The translations under genes and the position numbers were made by a program. From positions 41,447-105,446 of IMG/VR virus record IMGVR_UViG_3300045988_033140: a DNA stretch of 64,000 nucleotides; one strand, 5' to 3'. Source of the stretch: a virus. The notes beneath the pieces are model-generated. The model ran no database searches and was not told the DNA's origin. It saw only the letters and a program-made list of their open reading frames with translations. Shown piece after piece: positions 20,216-31,039 of the stretch (its first letter is position 1; the number at the start of each line of letters is the position of its first letter).

Positions 20216-21934
20216 CTCATAATTCTAGATAATAAGTTGTGGTGTTACACTATTGAAGTATTTATTTACTTCGGCCTTACCCACAAGATTAATAGTCACG
20301 CAACCGTTTTCGCTGAACAAACTATCCAGCTCCTCTTCGCTTGATTTAAACTTGATGCAAGTAACTCCGTTGGGTAATTGGATCTTCAACGTGGGGTTCC
20401 TATCTCTTGCCATGAGTGTAATCATGTCTTTTGTTACTGCAACATTTTCCACCGCGATAAGTGGTTCATCAACATTTTGACCCCAAAGATTTTTCATGTT
20501 ACCTAGTTCAAGAATTTCTTTAGGATTAAAGTTGTTTACAGAATGAATAAAATCCACTTTATAGCTTGGTGAAAATTCTATATCCTTGAGTGCATTATCG
20601 GCATATTCGAGAAAGGCATCAAAATTCTCGTCTAAGATACCGAAACCAAATGCATTAGGATGACCTTCAGCGAGATAAACTAAACCGCTATCTCGACAAA
20701 AGCCTCTGAAATCATTTAGCTTAGATTTCTCATATCCACGCGCCGAACCGCTCCAAGCGATTTTCCCATCTTCTTCTACTTCCACTAACAATGCCACAGG
20801 CCGCTGATATTCTGCCATAAGTTTGTTAGCAATTAAACCAGTGATACCTCTATCAAAAGAGGGATGTTCTAATTTAATTAACAAAATCTTATGATCGAGA
20901 AGTTTATTATCCTCGATGATTGCTTTAACCTGTTCAACTGCGGCGTCCTGATTTCTTGTTTGCCGATTCTTGACATTAGTGCAAGTTCGCAAACTTTGTT
21001 CCAATCTTGTCTCTTGCTGACCAGAGCATCCTCTCTTAGTTGAAGGAACTAAATCAAAGGCTTTCCAGTTAAGCATAGACTCAAATAATAAAGTCTTTTC
21101 AGCCATTGTTCCAACTCTTGTAATTGAGTTAATAAGTGGTACAATGTAGAAAGCAACCCCGATAGGAGTAGGGTGATCGCCTAACTGGTAATGATTCTTT
21201 TCTGCCATACCTTTGATAAATGGATTTTGAATTTGATTTAATCCAGTCTGAACTAGATAGTGTGTTTCAAAATCTCTTAAATCCATCATATCTCCAACCA
21301 AGCCAATAGCTACTATATCCAAGAATTGATCCGCTTTCTGTTGATCTGCGGGAAGCAGAGAATCAATAAATTGACATAGCTTATAAACTACACCAACACC
21401 GGAAAGCGATTTAGTAGGATAATCACAAAGTTGATTATTCACGATACAAGCATATTCTGAAATTCTCTCAGCCTAGTGGTGATCCAATACAAGAACTTCA
21501 ATGCCCTTATCATGAAGAGCCTTGTGAATATCATAGTCATTAGAGCTTGAATCTGGAGCAATGACTAATGTTGTCTCTGGTGGAATCAACTCAGGGTTAA
21601 TACCATGAATCTTACCATCGTGAAAACTATATGAAATATGCGATATAGCAGATGGGAATACAGCATGGATATAATTCAATAACAAAGCTGCTGAAGTATA
21701 TCCATCGCAGTCGCTATCCACTTGCACATGAATATGAAAACTATCTTTACTAAGTTGATTAAAAATCATCTTAGCTGCACTCTCAATATTTTTGAGTAAA
21801 AGGGGTGATAAATTATCTGATTCTGATACATTAAGATAATGGTCAATATCTTCAAATTTAATTCCTCTATTTGTCAACACCTGTTCAATAGCGGAGTAAC
21901 CGTCATGAATAGGCTTAATCAGCTAATAATCCAT
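20216..21934 (-). CDS. RecJ-like DHH/DHHA1 ssDNA exonuclease, 572 aa, 3 in-frame TAG (Gln)
   Basis: ATG at 21934 lies 6 nt after GGAGG. It reads MDY[Q]LIKP..VLVLDHH[Q]AERISEYACIVNNQL..QLII[Q]NY and stops at TGA. The DHH motif sits at the first junction, and the two track ORFs are in frame across TAG. Confidence 0.75.
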
Positions 21935-21945
21935 GATTTACCTCC

Positions 21946-23049
21946 TTAACCTTTTGGAATAATTCGTTCGGCTAATAATTTCTCAAAAACTTGCGGCCCT
22001 TGATCAATAGGACTAGCTTTATAAGGGGAAATCATAGCTTTGTCGAATATAGCTGTTACTCTTATAGAGTTATTATATTTATTATAAAAATGAATAAGCT
22101 TAGCTTTTAATCGCTTAAACTCATCATCACTAATTTCTTGGAACTGTCTATCAAGAGCAATCACAATTTCTCTCGCGCCAACTTGTTTCAACAAATCAAC
22201 CTGATAGCTCGATAAGCTACTTCCGCAAATAGCGACAGAAATATCATTCTCATGTCCATAATATGATTGATACATCAAACAAGACTTTTCGCTCTCAAAA
22301 ATAATTGCCGCGTGGATTTTAGCGATATTATCTTTGCTATTGTTTAAGTTATACAGATTCATACTTAATGGATGATTGTATAATTGCTTACCAATCAATA
22401 GAGGTCTATATTTGCCATATCTCTCAGCTTCATCTGCCGCTAAAGAGCGACCTCTAATACCAATCAAACGATTATCAATATCAAAATGCGGAATTGTGAT
22501 TTGCTCGCCGCCTGGATAGTAGCCAATGAGATTCTTCTTACTCACTTCATCACTAATTCCTTCTTGCTCCCAACGGGAGATTCGTGGATAAGCAAAGCGA
22601 GTAAGAATAACTGGATCATATTCTTTTAGCTGAACCATAGGTTTCTTTTCTGGAAGCCGCAAATTGTGTTTCTTAAATATGTCCCAGTCTTTTAACTCCG
22701 ATTGTTCCTCTTGTTTTTCGATACCATCAAAACCAAAGTACGATGCTATATAATCCATAGCATCGTACATTTCCCATTTCAGTTGCTTTTGATTTTTCAT
22801 TACCTTGATACATAGGTCAAAGATATCAAAAGTAGGATCAATACAGCCAGTATAGCATCTAAACAATCGAGTATTAGTGTAATAATAAAGCTTGCGGGAA
22901 CCCTCGCCAGGTAGATTGTGACAAATGGTCTGGGAGATAAGTCCTCCATCTGTGTACTCAGGCTCACCTCCCCAAGCTTCTACCAAGTCATAAATCTGCT
23001 CTAGTTCTAGTTTCTCCTTTAGCTCGTCTTTATCATAATAACGAGACAT
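21946..23049 (-). CDS. DNA primase (DnaG-like, CHC2 zinc finger + TOPRIM)
   Basis: CHNLPGEGS..KLYYY..LFRCYTGC zinc-binding motif. Intact 367-aa ORF. Confidence 0.8.
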   Translation of the reverse strand: MSRYYDKDELKEKLELEQIYDLVEAWGGEPEYTDGGLISQTICHNLPGEGSRKLYYYTNTRLFRCYTGCIDPTFDIFDLCIKVMKNQKQLKWEMYDAMDYIASYFGFDGIEKQEEQSELKDWDIFKKHNLRLPEKKPMVQLKEYDPVILTRFAYPRISRWEQEGISDEVSKKNLIGYYPGGEQITIPHFDIDNRLIGIRGRSLAADEAERYGKYRPLLIGKQLYNHPLSMNLYNLNNSKDNIAKIHAAIIFESEKSCLMYQSYYGHENDISVAICGSSLSSYQVDLLKQVGAREIVIALDRQFQEISDDEFKRLKAKLIHFYNKYNNSIRVTAIFDKAMISPYKASPIDQGPQVFEKLLAERIIPKG

Positions 23050-23222
23050 TACTCAATAATAACGAGATGAGTTACTGTACCACGCAGACCATAACTCTCA
23101 TTGATGATACCCATTACATACTGATAAGGGTTCTTTTTTGCTTCATCATCCTTACGAGTAGAAAGGATACCATCAAACTGCTTCTTAGTAATCTGATAAT
23201 CAATAGCCTTAGAGTTCTTCAT
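23049..23222 (-). CDS. Hypothetical small protein (57 aa)
   Basis: ATG 8 nt after GGAG. Its stop overlaps the primase ATG (TAATG). Confidence 0.3.
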   Translation of the reverse strand: MKNSKAIDYQITKKQFDGILSTRKDDEAKKNPYQYVMGIINESYGLRGTVTHLVIIE

Positions 23223-23234
23223 ATTATCTTCTCC

Positions 23235-24776
23235 TTAATTATTATCCCAAGCACTGGGTTCATCATCTACAATAACCTTAATATCTTCAATACCAACCAT
23301 CTCATGGTGCCAAGTGGTACAAAACTGAGGGTGAATACGACAAGTACCTAAATCCGCGGTACACCATAAGAACACGCCCTTATAAGAGCCTCGTCTATTT
23401 TTATAGACAGAGAGTTTAATGTTCGGTCTTTGAAGATTGGGGTTTGCTTCAAGAATTGGTTCTAGCTTTGCTAAATCTTCTTCTGAAACGCCTAATAAAA
23501 TCATACCTACGTCAGCTCGGTCTGCAATACTTTTTGCACCGCGCAATAAGTTTTGGTCAGGCGTTTCGCTATCTTTATAATCACCATTTAACTGAGTAGC
23601 AGACATAATAAAGACGCCATATTTATTTGCCAAATCCTTTAGTCTCGCAGAAAGCATGAACAAAATATTATCTTCTCTCAAACGAATACCACCAGTTTTC
23701 TTGGTAATCTCTTCCAAGATTTTAAGAGAAGTCTGAATGTAATCAAACAAAACGTACTTAACATCATGCTCACGGATATTCTTCTTAATCTTATTCTCTA
23801 CATCCTGCAAAGAGAAATCTGGCAATTCTTCAATCCAAATTGGACTATCTTTAATTATCTTTGCAGCTTCAACAACTCGCTCTCTTTCTCCTTCGAGATA
23901 TTGACCATTAAGGATATGTTCCTCATTTACACAAGATAAAAAAGCCAACATCATTGTTTGAACTTCTCCTTTATCTTGCTCTGTAGCAATAAAGAGTGTC
24001 GGTTGAGACGCGCCATTTTTAATCCAACCAAACTGTTCATGGTAGATGCGGTTACACGCAAAATTGCAAGCATCAGCAATCATACTTCTCGTTTTACCGA
24101 TACCAGTAGCTGCGGACCGCAAGTAATATTTTCGCAATCTTGCTCCTCTTGTTACTGTATTGATGAGAGGCCCATAGAGAGGAATACCGACCTCTGGATG
24201 TTTCTCAAGGTCTTCGATCAACTCCATGATACCGTCACCGGCTTGATATCCAAGACCTAAATCATCATCAATATACTTACTCTTGATTTCATCAATCTTA
24301 GTATCAATTGTATTTGCAATATCAACCAGTGAAGTTGCATCCAACCAATCTTCCTGTTGTTGGCGCTTTTTGGTATCGAGTAGATTATCAGGATCATATA
24401 ATCCACTTACATCTACTCCATAGCTATCATAAGCTCTCAACAGAGTAAACTTTTTCAACCTACCATAATAATAATTAAAGGTGTCTTGACGAGCATTTTG
24501 AGAAGCTTCTAATAGATACTCAACACCCTTATTCTTCTTAAAGATTGCATCAAATTTAGGTCGGTTAGCCAAATAGTCGATAATAGCGTCAATATTAACC
24601 TGGCTGCCTGTCAGATGAATATTATACATACTACCGAATACAATCTTGTGAAAATCTTCTACAAAGTCTTCTTCGTGGATAATATATTTGTCTGTGTCAT
24701 CGAGAATTGCGGCATTATTGAAGACACAACCGATAATCTGTGTGATAGCAGCAGTATCAACATAACTACTATTCAT
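23235..24776 (-). CDS. Replicative DNA helicase (DnaB family)
   Basis: Intact 513-aa ORF with a DnaB N-terminal domain and RecA-like core (GIGKT Walker A). GGAGG RBS. Confidence 0.85.
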   Translation of the reverse strand: MNSSYVDTAAITQIIGCVFNNAAILDDTDKYIIHEEDFVEDFHKIVFGSMYNIHLTGSQVNIDAIIDYLANRPKFDAIFKKNKGVEYLLEASQNARQDTFNYYYGRLKKFTLLRAYDSYGVDVSGLYDPDNLLDTKKRQQQEDWLDATSLVDIANTIDTKIDEIKSKYIDDDLGLGYQAGDGIMELIEDLEKHPEVGIPLYGPLINTVTRGARLRKYYLRSAATGIGKTRSMIADACNFACNRIYHEQFGWIKNGASQPTLFIATEQDKGEVQTMMLAFLSCVNEEHILNGQYLEGERERVVEAAKIIKDSPIWIEELPDFSLQDVENKIKKNIREHDVKYVLFDYIQTSLKILEEITKKTGGIRLREDNILFMLSARLKDLANKYGVFIMSATQLNGDYKDSETPDQNLLRGAKSIADRADVGMILLGVSEEDLAKLEPILEANPNLQRPNIKLSVYKNRRGSYKGVFLWCTADLGTCRIHPQFCTTWHHEMVGIEDIKVIVDDEPSAWDNN

Positions 24777-25309
24777 GTATCTTCCTCTCCTTCATCTAAG
24801 AATGTAAATAATTGCCGCGTATGCTTCATTGGCTCTCTCTCAGGAGGAACAATGTGAATTTCTCGTACAGGCAAATTATACTTCTGAATTTCTACTCCCT
24901 TATTGCGCTCTTGAGCTTCCCATAAAGCTCTCCAATAATCAAATGCTTTATCATATACCCAAGGAATAATACCGATACCACCGTTAGCTTTTTCAATCGG
25001 GTTACCCTTAACTTCAAAGAAAAATTTTAGCGTTTTTCTCATTCCAGAATAGCTATAATTTTTTTCTTTTCTAAAGGTGTCCATCTGTTTCCTAATTTTA
25101 ACTGGGATAGTGCTAACTCCAAATAATTCCTTGATATATTCTTCTAATTCACGCTTGTCTTTTTCTTCTTGAGTTTGATTTTCTTCTTCTGTCCTCGCAC
25201 AAGCTACATGAGCATATCGTCTTGCGTTTGGTTTTACGAAAGGCTCGGTATTAGCATCAAACATCTGGCCGCAGTATAAGCACTTCACCATATGTTTTGC
25301 CATAATCAT
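24773..25309 (-). CDS. Hypothetical protein with N-terminal Cys-rich zinc-ribbon motif
   Basis: Intact 178-aa ORF with N-terminal CLYCG..HVAC. Confidence 0.45.
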   Translation of the reverse strand: MIMAKHMVKCLYCGQMFDANTEPFVKPNARRYAHVACARTEEENQTQEEKDKRELEEYIKELFGVSTIPVKIRKQMDTFRKEKNYSYSGMRKTLKFFFEVKGNPIEKANGGIGIIPWVYDKAFDYWRALWEAQERNKGVEIQKYNLPVREIHIVPPEREPMKHTRQLFTFLDEGEEDT

Positions 25310-25339
25310 TACGCTCCTTTCTTTACATTTTCTATAACT

Positions 25340-25368
25340 ATTATACCATAATTATGATAAAAAATCAA
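25340..25368 (-). promoter_or_regulatory. Sigma70-like promoter (TTGATT-17-TATAAT), preceded by a hairpin at about 25358-25392
   Basis: Perfect -35/-10 with 17-nt spacer on the minus strand. Confidence 0.5.
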
Positions 25369-25405
25369 AAGGAGAGTATTCATACAAGAATACCCTCCTT
25401 TAATC

Positions 25406-26380
25406 TTAGCCCTTAATTAGAAGCTCCAAGTCATGAACAATAAGGTCAATTTGTTCAGCTTGCTCAGGAGTACATTCTCCGACTTTCTTTCCCTTACCAA
25501 GATACTTGTCAACAATAGCAGTAATCTTACCGGCATTAGACTGATTAGCAGACATCAACTCACCAACCAGTTCTTGAAAACGAGCATTTAGTCGATCAAA
25601 ATCATAAATTACATCTTCTGTAACTACCTGAGTAGCTTCATCAGAAATAAACTTACCACCAGTTTCCTCTGCCTGCTTGTCGATAGCTTCCGCGATCGCA
25701 CTTACTAAGTTATCATAAGTAAATTCAATAGAATTGGGAATATACTTGAAACGAGAACCTGCTACGTAACGAGGAGTACCTCTCATAAAGAGACGAGTTT
25801 GAACACCTTCATCAGTATTTACAGAAGTAGAATAACCGATAATGTCGCAAGTTCTTTCGCAAATCAGACGGCCTCTCTTATCAAGAGTGGGAACGATTTG
25901 ATTATATTCGTTGCCCTCTTCATCCTTAAATACCTTGTCAGTAGAGTGGGAAATCAAAATCAGACCATAATTCAACTGAAGAATCTTGCGGATTGCCTCG
26001 TCAAATTCGGTGCCAACCATGGAGTAACCCTTACCATAAGCAAGGTCTGCGATGGTATCAACACCCTCACGATTACAAATATATTTTTCACAATAGCTGT
26101 AAGCAATATCCGCGGTGTCGATAACAATAGTCTGGAACTTTTCTTGTACTTCTGGAGTCTTTAACTCTGTAAAGAGCTTCTTAAATTCACCCCAGCTATT
26201 GATAGGCTGGGCATATACACCCGGCAATGCGTTATAACCTTTCTCGAAAGCGAGAAGAAGTGCGCCGGGAAATTTACTGGCAATTGTAGTCTTACCAGAT
26301 TTAGGAGTGCCATAGAATAAAACGGAATATCCTCTTAAATCTCTTGATACTTCATGTGGTTTAAGGTCAAGCAAACTCAT
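25406..26380 (-). CDS. RecA-fold ATPase (Sak4/AAA_24-like recombination/replication ATPase)
   Basis: N-terminal P-loop YGTPKSGKTT in a 324-aa protein, sited in the replication module. Confidence 0.45.
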   Translation of the reverse strand: MSLLDLKPHEVSRDLRGYSVLFYGTPKSGKTTIASKFPGALLLAFEKGYNALPGVYAQPINSWGEFKKLFTELKTPEVQEKFQTIVIDTADIAYSYCEKYICNREGVDTIADLAYGKGYSMVGTEFDEAIRKILQLNYGLILISHSTDKVFKDEEGNEYNQIVPTLDKRGRLICERTCDIIGYSTSVNTDEGVQTRLFMRGTPRYVAGSRFKYIPNSIEFTYDNLVSAIAEAIDKQAEETGGKFISDEATQVVTEDVIYDFDRLNARFQELVGELMSANQSNAGKITAIVDKYLGKGKKVGECTPEQAEQIDLIVHDLELLIKG

Positions 26381-26425
26381 AATTATTTTTCTCCTTTAAT
26401 TATTTTATTTATAATGAGGAAATGA

Positions 26426-26451
26426 AAGGGGTAGATAACTACCCCTTATTT
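26426..26451. terminator. Terminator hairpin (GGGGTAG-ataa-CTACCCC + TTATTT)
   Basis: Seen directly, just past the 26454 stop. Confidence 0.55.
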
Positions 26452-26453
26452 AA

Positions 26454-27410
26454 TTAAAAGTTGTAGTCGCCCTTCGCAGGAGCCGCAGTTGCCTTAGAAG
26501 CACCACCCGCAGCCGCGTTACCACGAGAAGCTTGATACTCGTCCTGGCGCTTCTTAATCTCAGCAAGATGAACCTCACGAGCGGTCATCATCTCACCCAA
26601 TTCAGAAGCCAACAGAGTATCCTCGCTGTCCCACTCATAAGTCTCAGGCTGTGCCCAGTTAATCACAAAATCACGCTGAGAAGTACGAGTTTCCTTTACA
26701 ACAGCTTCGCCAAATGCACTCTCTTCCTCAGTCTTACGCACAATAGTTTTGGATACCTGAATACCCTGAACTCTGGTAAAGACAGGAGAACTAGAGGAAG
26801 CGCCGAGATTTTCGAAATAATCGAGAGCTTTTGCGGGAGCGTATGGCTCATAAACGCTAAACTCAACAGGGAGTAGAGCATTACGGAAATCAAACACGCA
26901 ACCCTTAACAATTACCTTTTCGGGTGTTTCTTTCTCTTCATCAGCCTCAACACGACGAACATTAGTAATTACCATATCGGTATTGAAAGTTGCACGGCTC
27001 TTAGGCTCGCACAGCTCTTGTACCTGATGTACAAAGCCACCCTCGTTGCGGCGAACAGATACCAGATTACCATCCTTATCATACCACTCATTTAGACCAA
27101 TGGCAGTATCAATACGAACCTTACCTGCGTTCTCCTTACCATGCTCCATCACAGAACCAATCTTGTTGTCAATGATGGACTGGAGAACATTAAAGGTATT
27201 GTTAGGCTTACCCTTAGCGGTCACCGCAGTTACATAGGTGAAATGCACCTGTACCACATTGAGCATCTCGTCATCAGTTGCCACGCTAAGAGTACCACTA
27301 ATAAACTCAGTACCGGGATTCTTAGAGTTTGGACCGCTCTCCTTCATTTCCAGCTTGTGCTCGTAAACATAACCTTCAACATGGGATTCATTCTTCATTT
27401 TCTTACTCAT
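26454..27410 (-). CDS. Hypothetical protein, possibly ssDNA-binding; GC-richer than surroundings
   Basis: Intact 318-aa ORF. Position next to the Sak4-like gene and the Gly/Ala-rich acidic C-terminus suggest an SSB. Weak call. Confidence 0.3.
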   Translation of the reverse strand: MSKKMKNESHVEGYVYEHKLEMKESGPNSKNPGTEFISGTLSVATDDEMLNVVQVHFTYVTAVTAKGKPNNTFNVLQSIIDNKIGSVMEHGKENAGKVRIDTAIGLNEWYDKDGNLVSVRRNEGGFVHQVQELCEPKSRATFNTDMVITNVRRVEADEEKETPEKVIVKGCVFDFRNALLPVEFSVYEPYAPAKALDYFENLGASSSSPVFTRVQGIQVSKTIVRKTEEESAFGEAVVKETRTSQRDFVINWAQPETYEWDSEDTLLASELGEMMTAREVHLAEIKKRQDEYQASRGNAAAGGASKATAAPAKGDYNF

Positions 27411-27783
27411 TGTTCAAATTCTCCTTATAAGCGTTAATATCAAAATTTTTGCCCTTTTCCGTCAAGCTATAAATGACAGGATTCTGGCCATATTTATCTA
27501 CAAACCCATCAGATACGAGTTTACGAATAGCTCCAGATACTTTGCGAGATGAAATAACCATTCCGTCTGCGATATCTTTTGCTTTCAAACTCGTAGCATC
27601 ACAAGTCTGTAAATATTCAAGGATTGAAAGTCCACTTTCTGTGAACATGGGTTTCTCCATACCTTGCTGCGCAAGGAGGAGATTATAGACATCTTGTACT
27701 TCATCGGGAAGTACAACTGGCTCCTTGCAATTCTGCACTAGCCAGTCGAAGTAATCAGTAAATGCTTTGTACTTATTATTCAT
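27403..27783 (-). CDS. Winged-helix (MarR-like) transcriptional regulator
   Basis: wHTH region (GLSILEYLQ..AKDIADGMVISSRKVSGAIRKLVSDGFV). Confidence 0.5.
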   Translation of the reverse strand: MNNKYKAFTDYFDWLVQNCKEPVVLPDEVQDVYNLLLAQQGMEKPMFTESGLSILEYLQTCDATSLKAKDIADGMVISSRKVSGAIRKLVSDGFVDKYGQNPVIYSLTEKGKNFDINAYKENLNNE

Positions 27784-27813
27784 TTAATCCATTTCCTTAC
27801 CTTTTATACATAT

Positions 27814-27842
27814 ATAATAACATAAAATTAAAGAAAAATCAA
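27814..27842 (-). promoter_or_regulatory. Sigma70-like promoter (TTGATT-17-TATTAT)
   Basis: Seen on the minus strand, upstream of the MarR-like gene. Confidence 0.4.
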
Positions 27843-28357
27843 CTGACCCTATCATACCGCCAAAATTGATATTTGATGTCGTTATATGAGGCCATTGAGT
27901 CTTCCTCAATAGCATTCCATTCTTTTGATTCATCAAGATTAGGGAAAAAGGTATCAATATTATCATGACTTGCATAGATTTTTGTTACATAAACTCTATC
28001 GCAATAGGGGAGAAGAGCATTGTAAATCTGTCCTCCACCAATAACAAAAATATCCATATCACAAGCCTTAATGTAATCAAGAGTTCCCTCTAATGGCATT
28101 GCAACAGTTAGATCTCCAAGAATAGAAATCACCCCATTTGAAACCATTGAGTTAGAAACAATAATATTGATACGGTCTGGAAGCCTTGGTAGAGCATCCT
28201 TTTTAGGAAGACTCTCCCAAGTATTGCGTCCCATTACCACAACATTATATTTAGTCAACTCTTTGAAATGTTTTAGATCAGCAGGGATATGTTCTAATAG
28301 TTGACCTTGATAACCAATTCCCCAATTCTCGTCTACCGCAACAATAGCAGAAATCAT
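27839..28357 (-). CDS. Dihydrofolate reductase
   Basis: MISAIVAVDENWGIG..VVMGRNTWESLP is the DHFR signature. Confidence 0.85.
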   Translation of the reverse strand: MISAIVAVDENWGIGYQGQLLEHIPADLKHFKELTKYNVVVMGRNTWESLPKKDALPRLPDRINIIVSNSMVSNGVISILGDLTVAMPLEGTLDYIKACDMDIFVIGGGQIYNALLPYCDRVYVTKIYASHDNIDTFFPNLDESKEWNAIEEDSMASYNDIKYQFWRYDRVS

Positions 28358-29205
28358 ATACCCAACTCCAACTTTAACTGCGGCTTCATGGGAGAGTAAT
28401 TTTCCATCGTAAAATCATCAATGGTCATGTCATAGAAATTAGTTTTCTCAGAATTTAGATGCAATATAGGATTCTTGCAAGCATCATCGCCAAAGAACAT
28501 ACTATTGAAAAATCTTGAAATCATTTCATGTGCAGCATCCATATGACGGTCATAAATCTGTTCATTAGCCACTACATGACTAAATACTCCAGGTTTATAA
28601 CCAGTATGACGAGCAATCATCATCAAGAGCGCCGCATACTGGATTTCATTGATACCACCGGGACCAGAAGCAGTAAGCATATCGCCGCTACGCTGAACCA
28701 GCATCATATCAAGATATTCTCCACGAACATTCCAGATGGTTAGAAACGCGCAAGGTGCCAATCCCGCAGTTTCACGAAGATCAGCTTCCTGCCATAAAGA
28801 AACTACCTTGCGGCGACCATATGGGTCATTCTCAATATCCTTAATCAAGTTATTAATTAAATCATATCGACTTACTGTTGCTCCATAACGTTGACCAATC
28901 GTACCATCGCCGATATCCCAATCGCCCCACCAATTAACTCCCATTTCTTCCATCTTAGCGATCTCATTTGTGGGCTTTTGATAGATAGTAAAGATTTCTT
29001 TAATACCAGTTTTCCAAGCCATTGGCCGCAAGGTACAAATAGGAAACTCTCCTTTAGACAAATCATAGGTGCGAAAATTATGATTTACAGAGAGAGTATG
29101 CGCGGGAGTGCCATCGGCGTAATGTGGTCTTGGGTTAATGTCCTTATATCCATTGTCAAGAATAAGGTTGATTGTTTCAACCATATAATTGTCTGCTTTA
29201 TTCAT
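28354..29205 (-). CDS. thyA: Thymidylate synthase (ThyA-type)
   Basis: Intact 283-aa ORF with ThyA motifs (RPMAWK, LAPCAF). Its stop overlaps the DHFR start (ATGA). Confidence 0.9.
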   Translation of the reverse strand: MNKADNYMVETINLILDNGYKDINPRPHYADGTPAHTLSVNHNFRTYDLSKGEFPICTLRPMAWKTGIKEIFTIYQKPTNEIAKMEEMGVNWWGDWDIGDGTIGQRYGATVSRYDLINNLIKDIENDPYGRRKVVSLWQEADLRETAGLAPCAFLTIWNVRGEYLDMMLVQRSGDMLTASGPGGINEIQYAALLMMIARHTGYKPGVFSHVVANEQIYDRHMDAAHEMISRFFNSMFFGDDACKNPILHLNSEKTNFYDMTIDDFTMENYSPMKPQLKLELGI

Positions 29206-29517
29206 TCAGTTATCGTCTCCCACAGTATTTGTGTATCCTACAATGTTAAATTGATCGAGCCATCCATCTAGTTCATCAATAACAGCAATACATTTCATAC
29301 CTCTCGCTTTTGTTAGAAAATATCCATAGCTAATAAATCCTAAATTCTGCGGTAGATTACGCTCTTTTGTTAATTCTAAGAACTTTTTAACCATTAGTTG
29401 AGGATGTTGAGTAACAAAGAGCACCATCTTATCAGGATATTTATATGCTAAATCATTTGCATAGCGCATTAAGCTAGTTGTCTTGCCTGCACCACGACTC
29501 GCAATCACTTTAAACAT
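29206..29517 (-). CDS. Small P-loop NTPase (103 aa), function unknown
   Basis: P-loop SRGAGKTT. Confidence 0.4.
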   Translation of the reverse strand: MFKVIASRGAGKTTSLMRYANDLAYKYPDKMVLFVTQHPQLMVKKFLELTKERNLPQNLGFISYGYFLTKARGMKCIAVIDELDGWLDQFNIVGYTNTVGDDN

Positions 29518-30431
29518 TATGAACCTCCACGAGTGCTATTTAATCCATAGTCTTTTGTTTTATAGAAGTCAATCCAATAAGTTTCACGTTCATTTAATGA
29601 AGCTCTAGGGACTTCTTCTAATACTTCAAAGATAAAGTTATACTATCCAGATTTTTGCATTGTTTGATAAAGCTTATTAGTGGCAGGCCCATATGCTAAA
29701 GAAGACTTGATATGCTATCTAAATCGTTCTTTAATATCAACAGACTAACCGATATAAGCCTACCCAGTTGTTAAATCGGTAATTTTATAGATGCCGCAGA
29801 CCTTCGTTGCTTTAGAGAATAATCTTGTCATAAGCGTATCATACGAAGGTTTATAATAAGTTTCCCAAATTAGCTTATCTATTGCTTCTTTCTTAAAGAA
29901 ACGCTTCTATAATTCACGGAGCAATTCAATATCACTAATATCTATTTCATCAATAGCCAGACGATAATAATCCTAATCTGCGGCAATCGCTTCTTGGCGC
30001 TATTGAGCCTAGATATAAGATAACTATTTAGCCTCCAATTCATGGAGTTTATCTTGCTAATGTGAAATTTGATTAGTTATCTACTGAAGTTCTGCTAAAT
30101 GATATTTTTCTTTAGCTTGATATGTTTCATCAAGCTCTTTACTTTTCTTTTCAAATTGAGCCTTAGCGCTCTCTTCCGCTCGCTATTCAGCGCTTTCCCG
30201 CAACTTATTCGCAGTATCGTTTAAAGAATTGACAATTTCATTATGTGATATAATATCTTCTTTTACTTTTGCTAATTCTCTCTATTTCAATGCAATATCT
30301 TGTTCAATACGTTTATTTTCTTCTTGTCTTTCTTTATTTATCAATACTACCTAAAGCCGATTATTGCGGAGATATAAAACATATCCTATTAACGCAAGAA
30401 TAACCAAGCCTGATAATATATAATAAATCAT
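29517..30431 (-). CDS. GIY-YIG nuclease-domain protein (N-terminal TM + coiled coil + C-terminal GIY-YIG), 304 aa, about 14 in-frame TAG (Gln)
   Basis: The C-terminus reads GIYKITDLTTG[Q]AYIG[Q]SVDIKERFR[Q]H..ETYWIDFYKTKD, with the canonical YIGQS motif encoded by TAG. 305 codons are in frame to a TAA that overlaps the next ATG. No listed track ORF corresponds to this frame. Confidence 0.7.
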
Positions 30432-30435
30432 AAGT

Positions 30436-30478
30436 AAATTAGATCGGTAAGAGGTATACCCTCTTACCGATCTAATTT
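30436..30478. terminator. Perfect 19-bp stem hairpin (AAATTAGATCGGTAAGAGG-tatac-CCTCTTACCGATCTAATTT)
   Basis: Seen directly, between the 30480 stop and the 30431 start. Confidence 0.6.
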
Positions 30479-30479
30479 A

Positions 30480-30743
30480 TTACTCCTGGGCATCAGGATC
30501 GAAAGCCAAGCCCTTGTCAGTCAAGCGAAGATACTTAACTTTCTGATGGGAGCCATCGGCAAGCTCAACCTCAGCGGGCTCACGCACACCATAGTCCTTA
30601 CGCTGCAGAGCAGAGGTAAAAATACCATCAACCTGGCGCTTCTCAAGACCAAGAGCTTCAGCCACATCAGCGGCAGTTAAATCCTTGTCAGTATTGTCCT
30701 TTAGATAATCAAAAACCTTACGAGTATTTTCCTTCATAGCCAT
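30480..30743 (-). CDS. Small HTH DNA-binding protein (87 aa); GC-rich outlier (~48% GC)
   Basis: Intact ORF with a helix-turn-helix-like LTAADVAEALGLEKRQVD. Codon usage is GC-rich relative to its neighbours. Confidence 0.4.
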   Translation of the reverse strand: MAMKENTRKVFDYLKDNTDKDLTAADVAEALGLEKRQVDGIFTSALQRKDYGVREPAEVELADGSHQKVKYLRLTDKGLAFDPDAQE

Positions 30744-30767
30744 TGTAATAATCTCCTCTAAAATGTA

Positions 30768-30968
30768 TTATTTAATTTTCGATGCAATTAAAGCATCAAT
30801 TTCCAGTAAAGCATTTATCCCATCAGGAAGAGCCATAATCTAGTTAGTTAACTGCATAATTCGGTCTTCTGCATGGGCTTTTTCCTCTTTTGAGGAATTT
30901 TCATCTTGGTGAATAAGCTCACATTTGTAGATTTCATCTGCGAACCGCTTCATCTGTTTACGGGTCAT
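30768..30968 (-). CDS. Hypothetical small protein (66 aa) with 1 in-frame TAG
   Basis: ATG follows AAAGGA. It reads ..IMQLTN[Q]IMALPDG.. to TAA. Confidence 0.35.
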
Positions 30969-31010
30969 ACAATCTGTCCTTTTACTATTGCTTTTCTGAA
31001 TTACATATAT

Positions 31011-31039
31011 ATTATATCAGAAAATATTTTTTAAGTCAA
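31011..31039 (-). promoter_or_regulatory. Consensus sigma70 promoter (TTGACT-17-TATAAT) overlapping the ligase stop
   Basis: The -35 (31034-39) and -10 (31011-16) are both perfect hexamers on the minus strand. Confidence 0.55.
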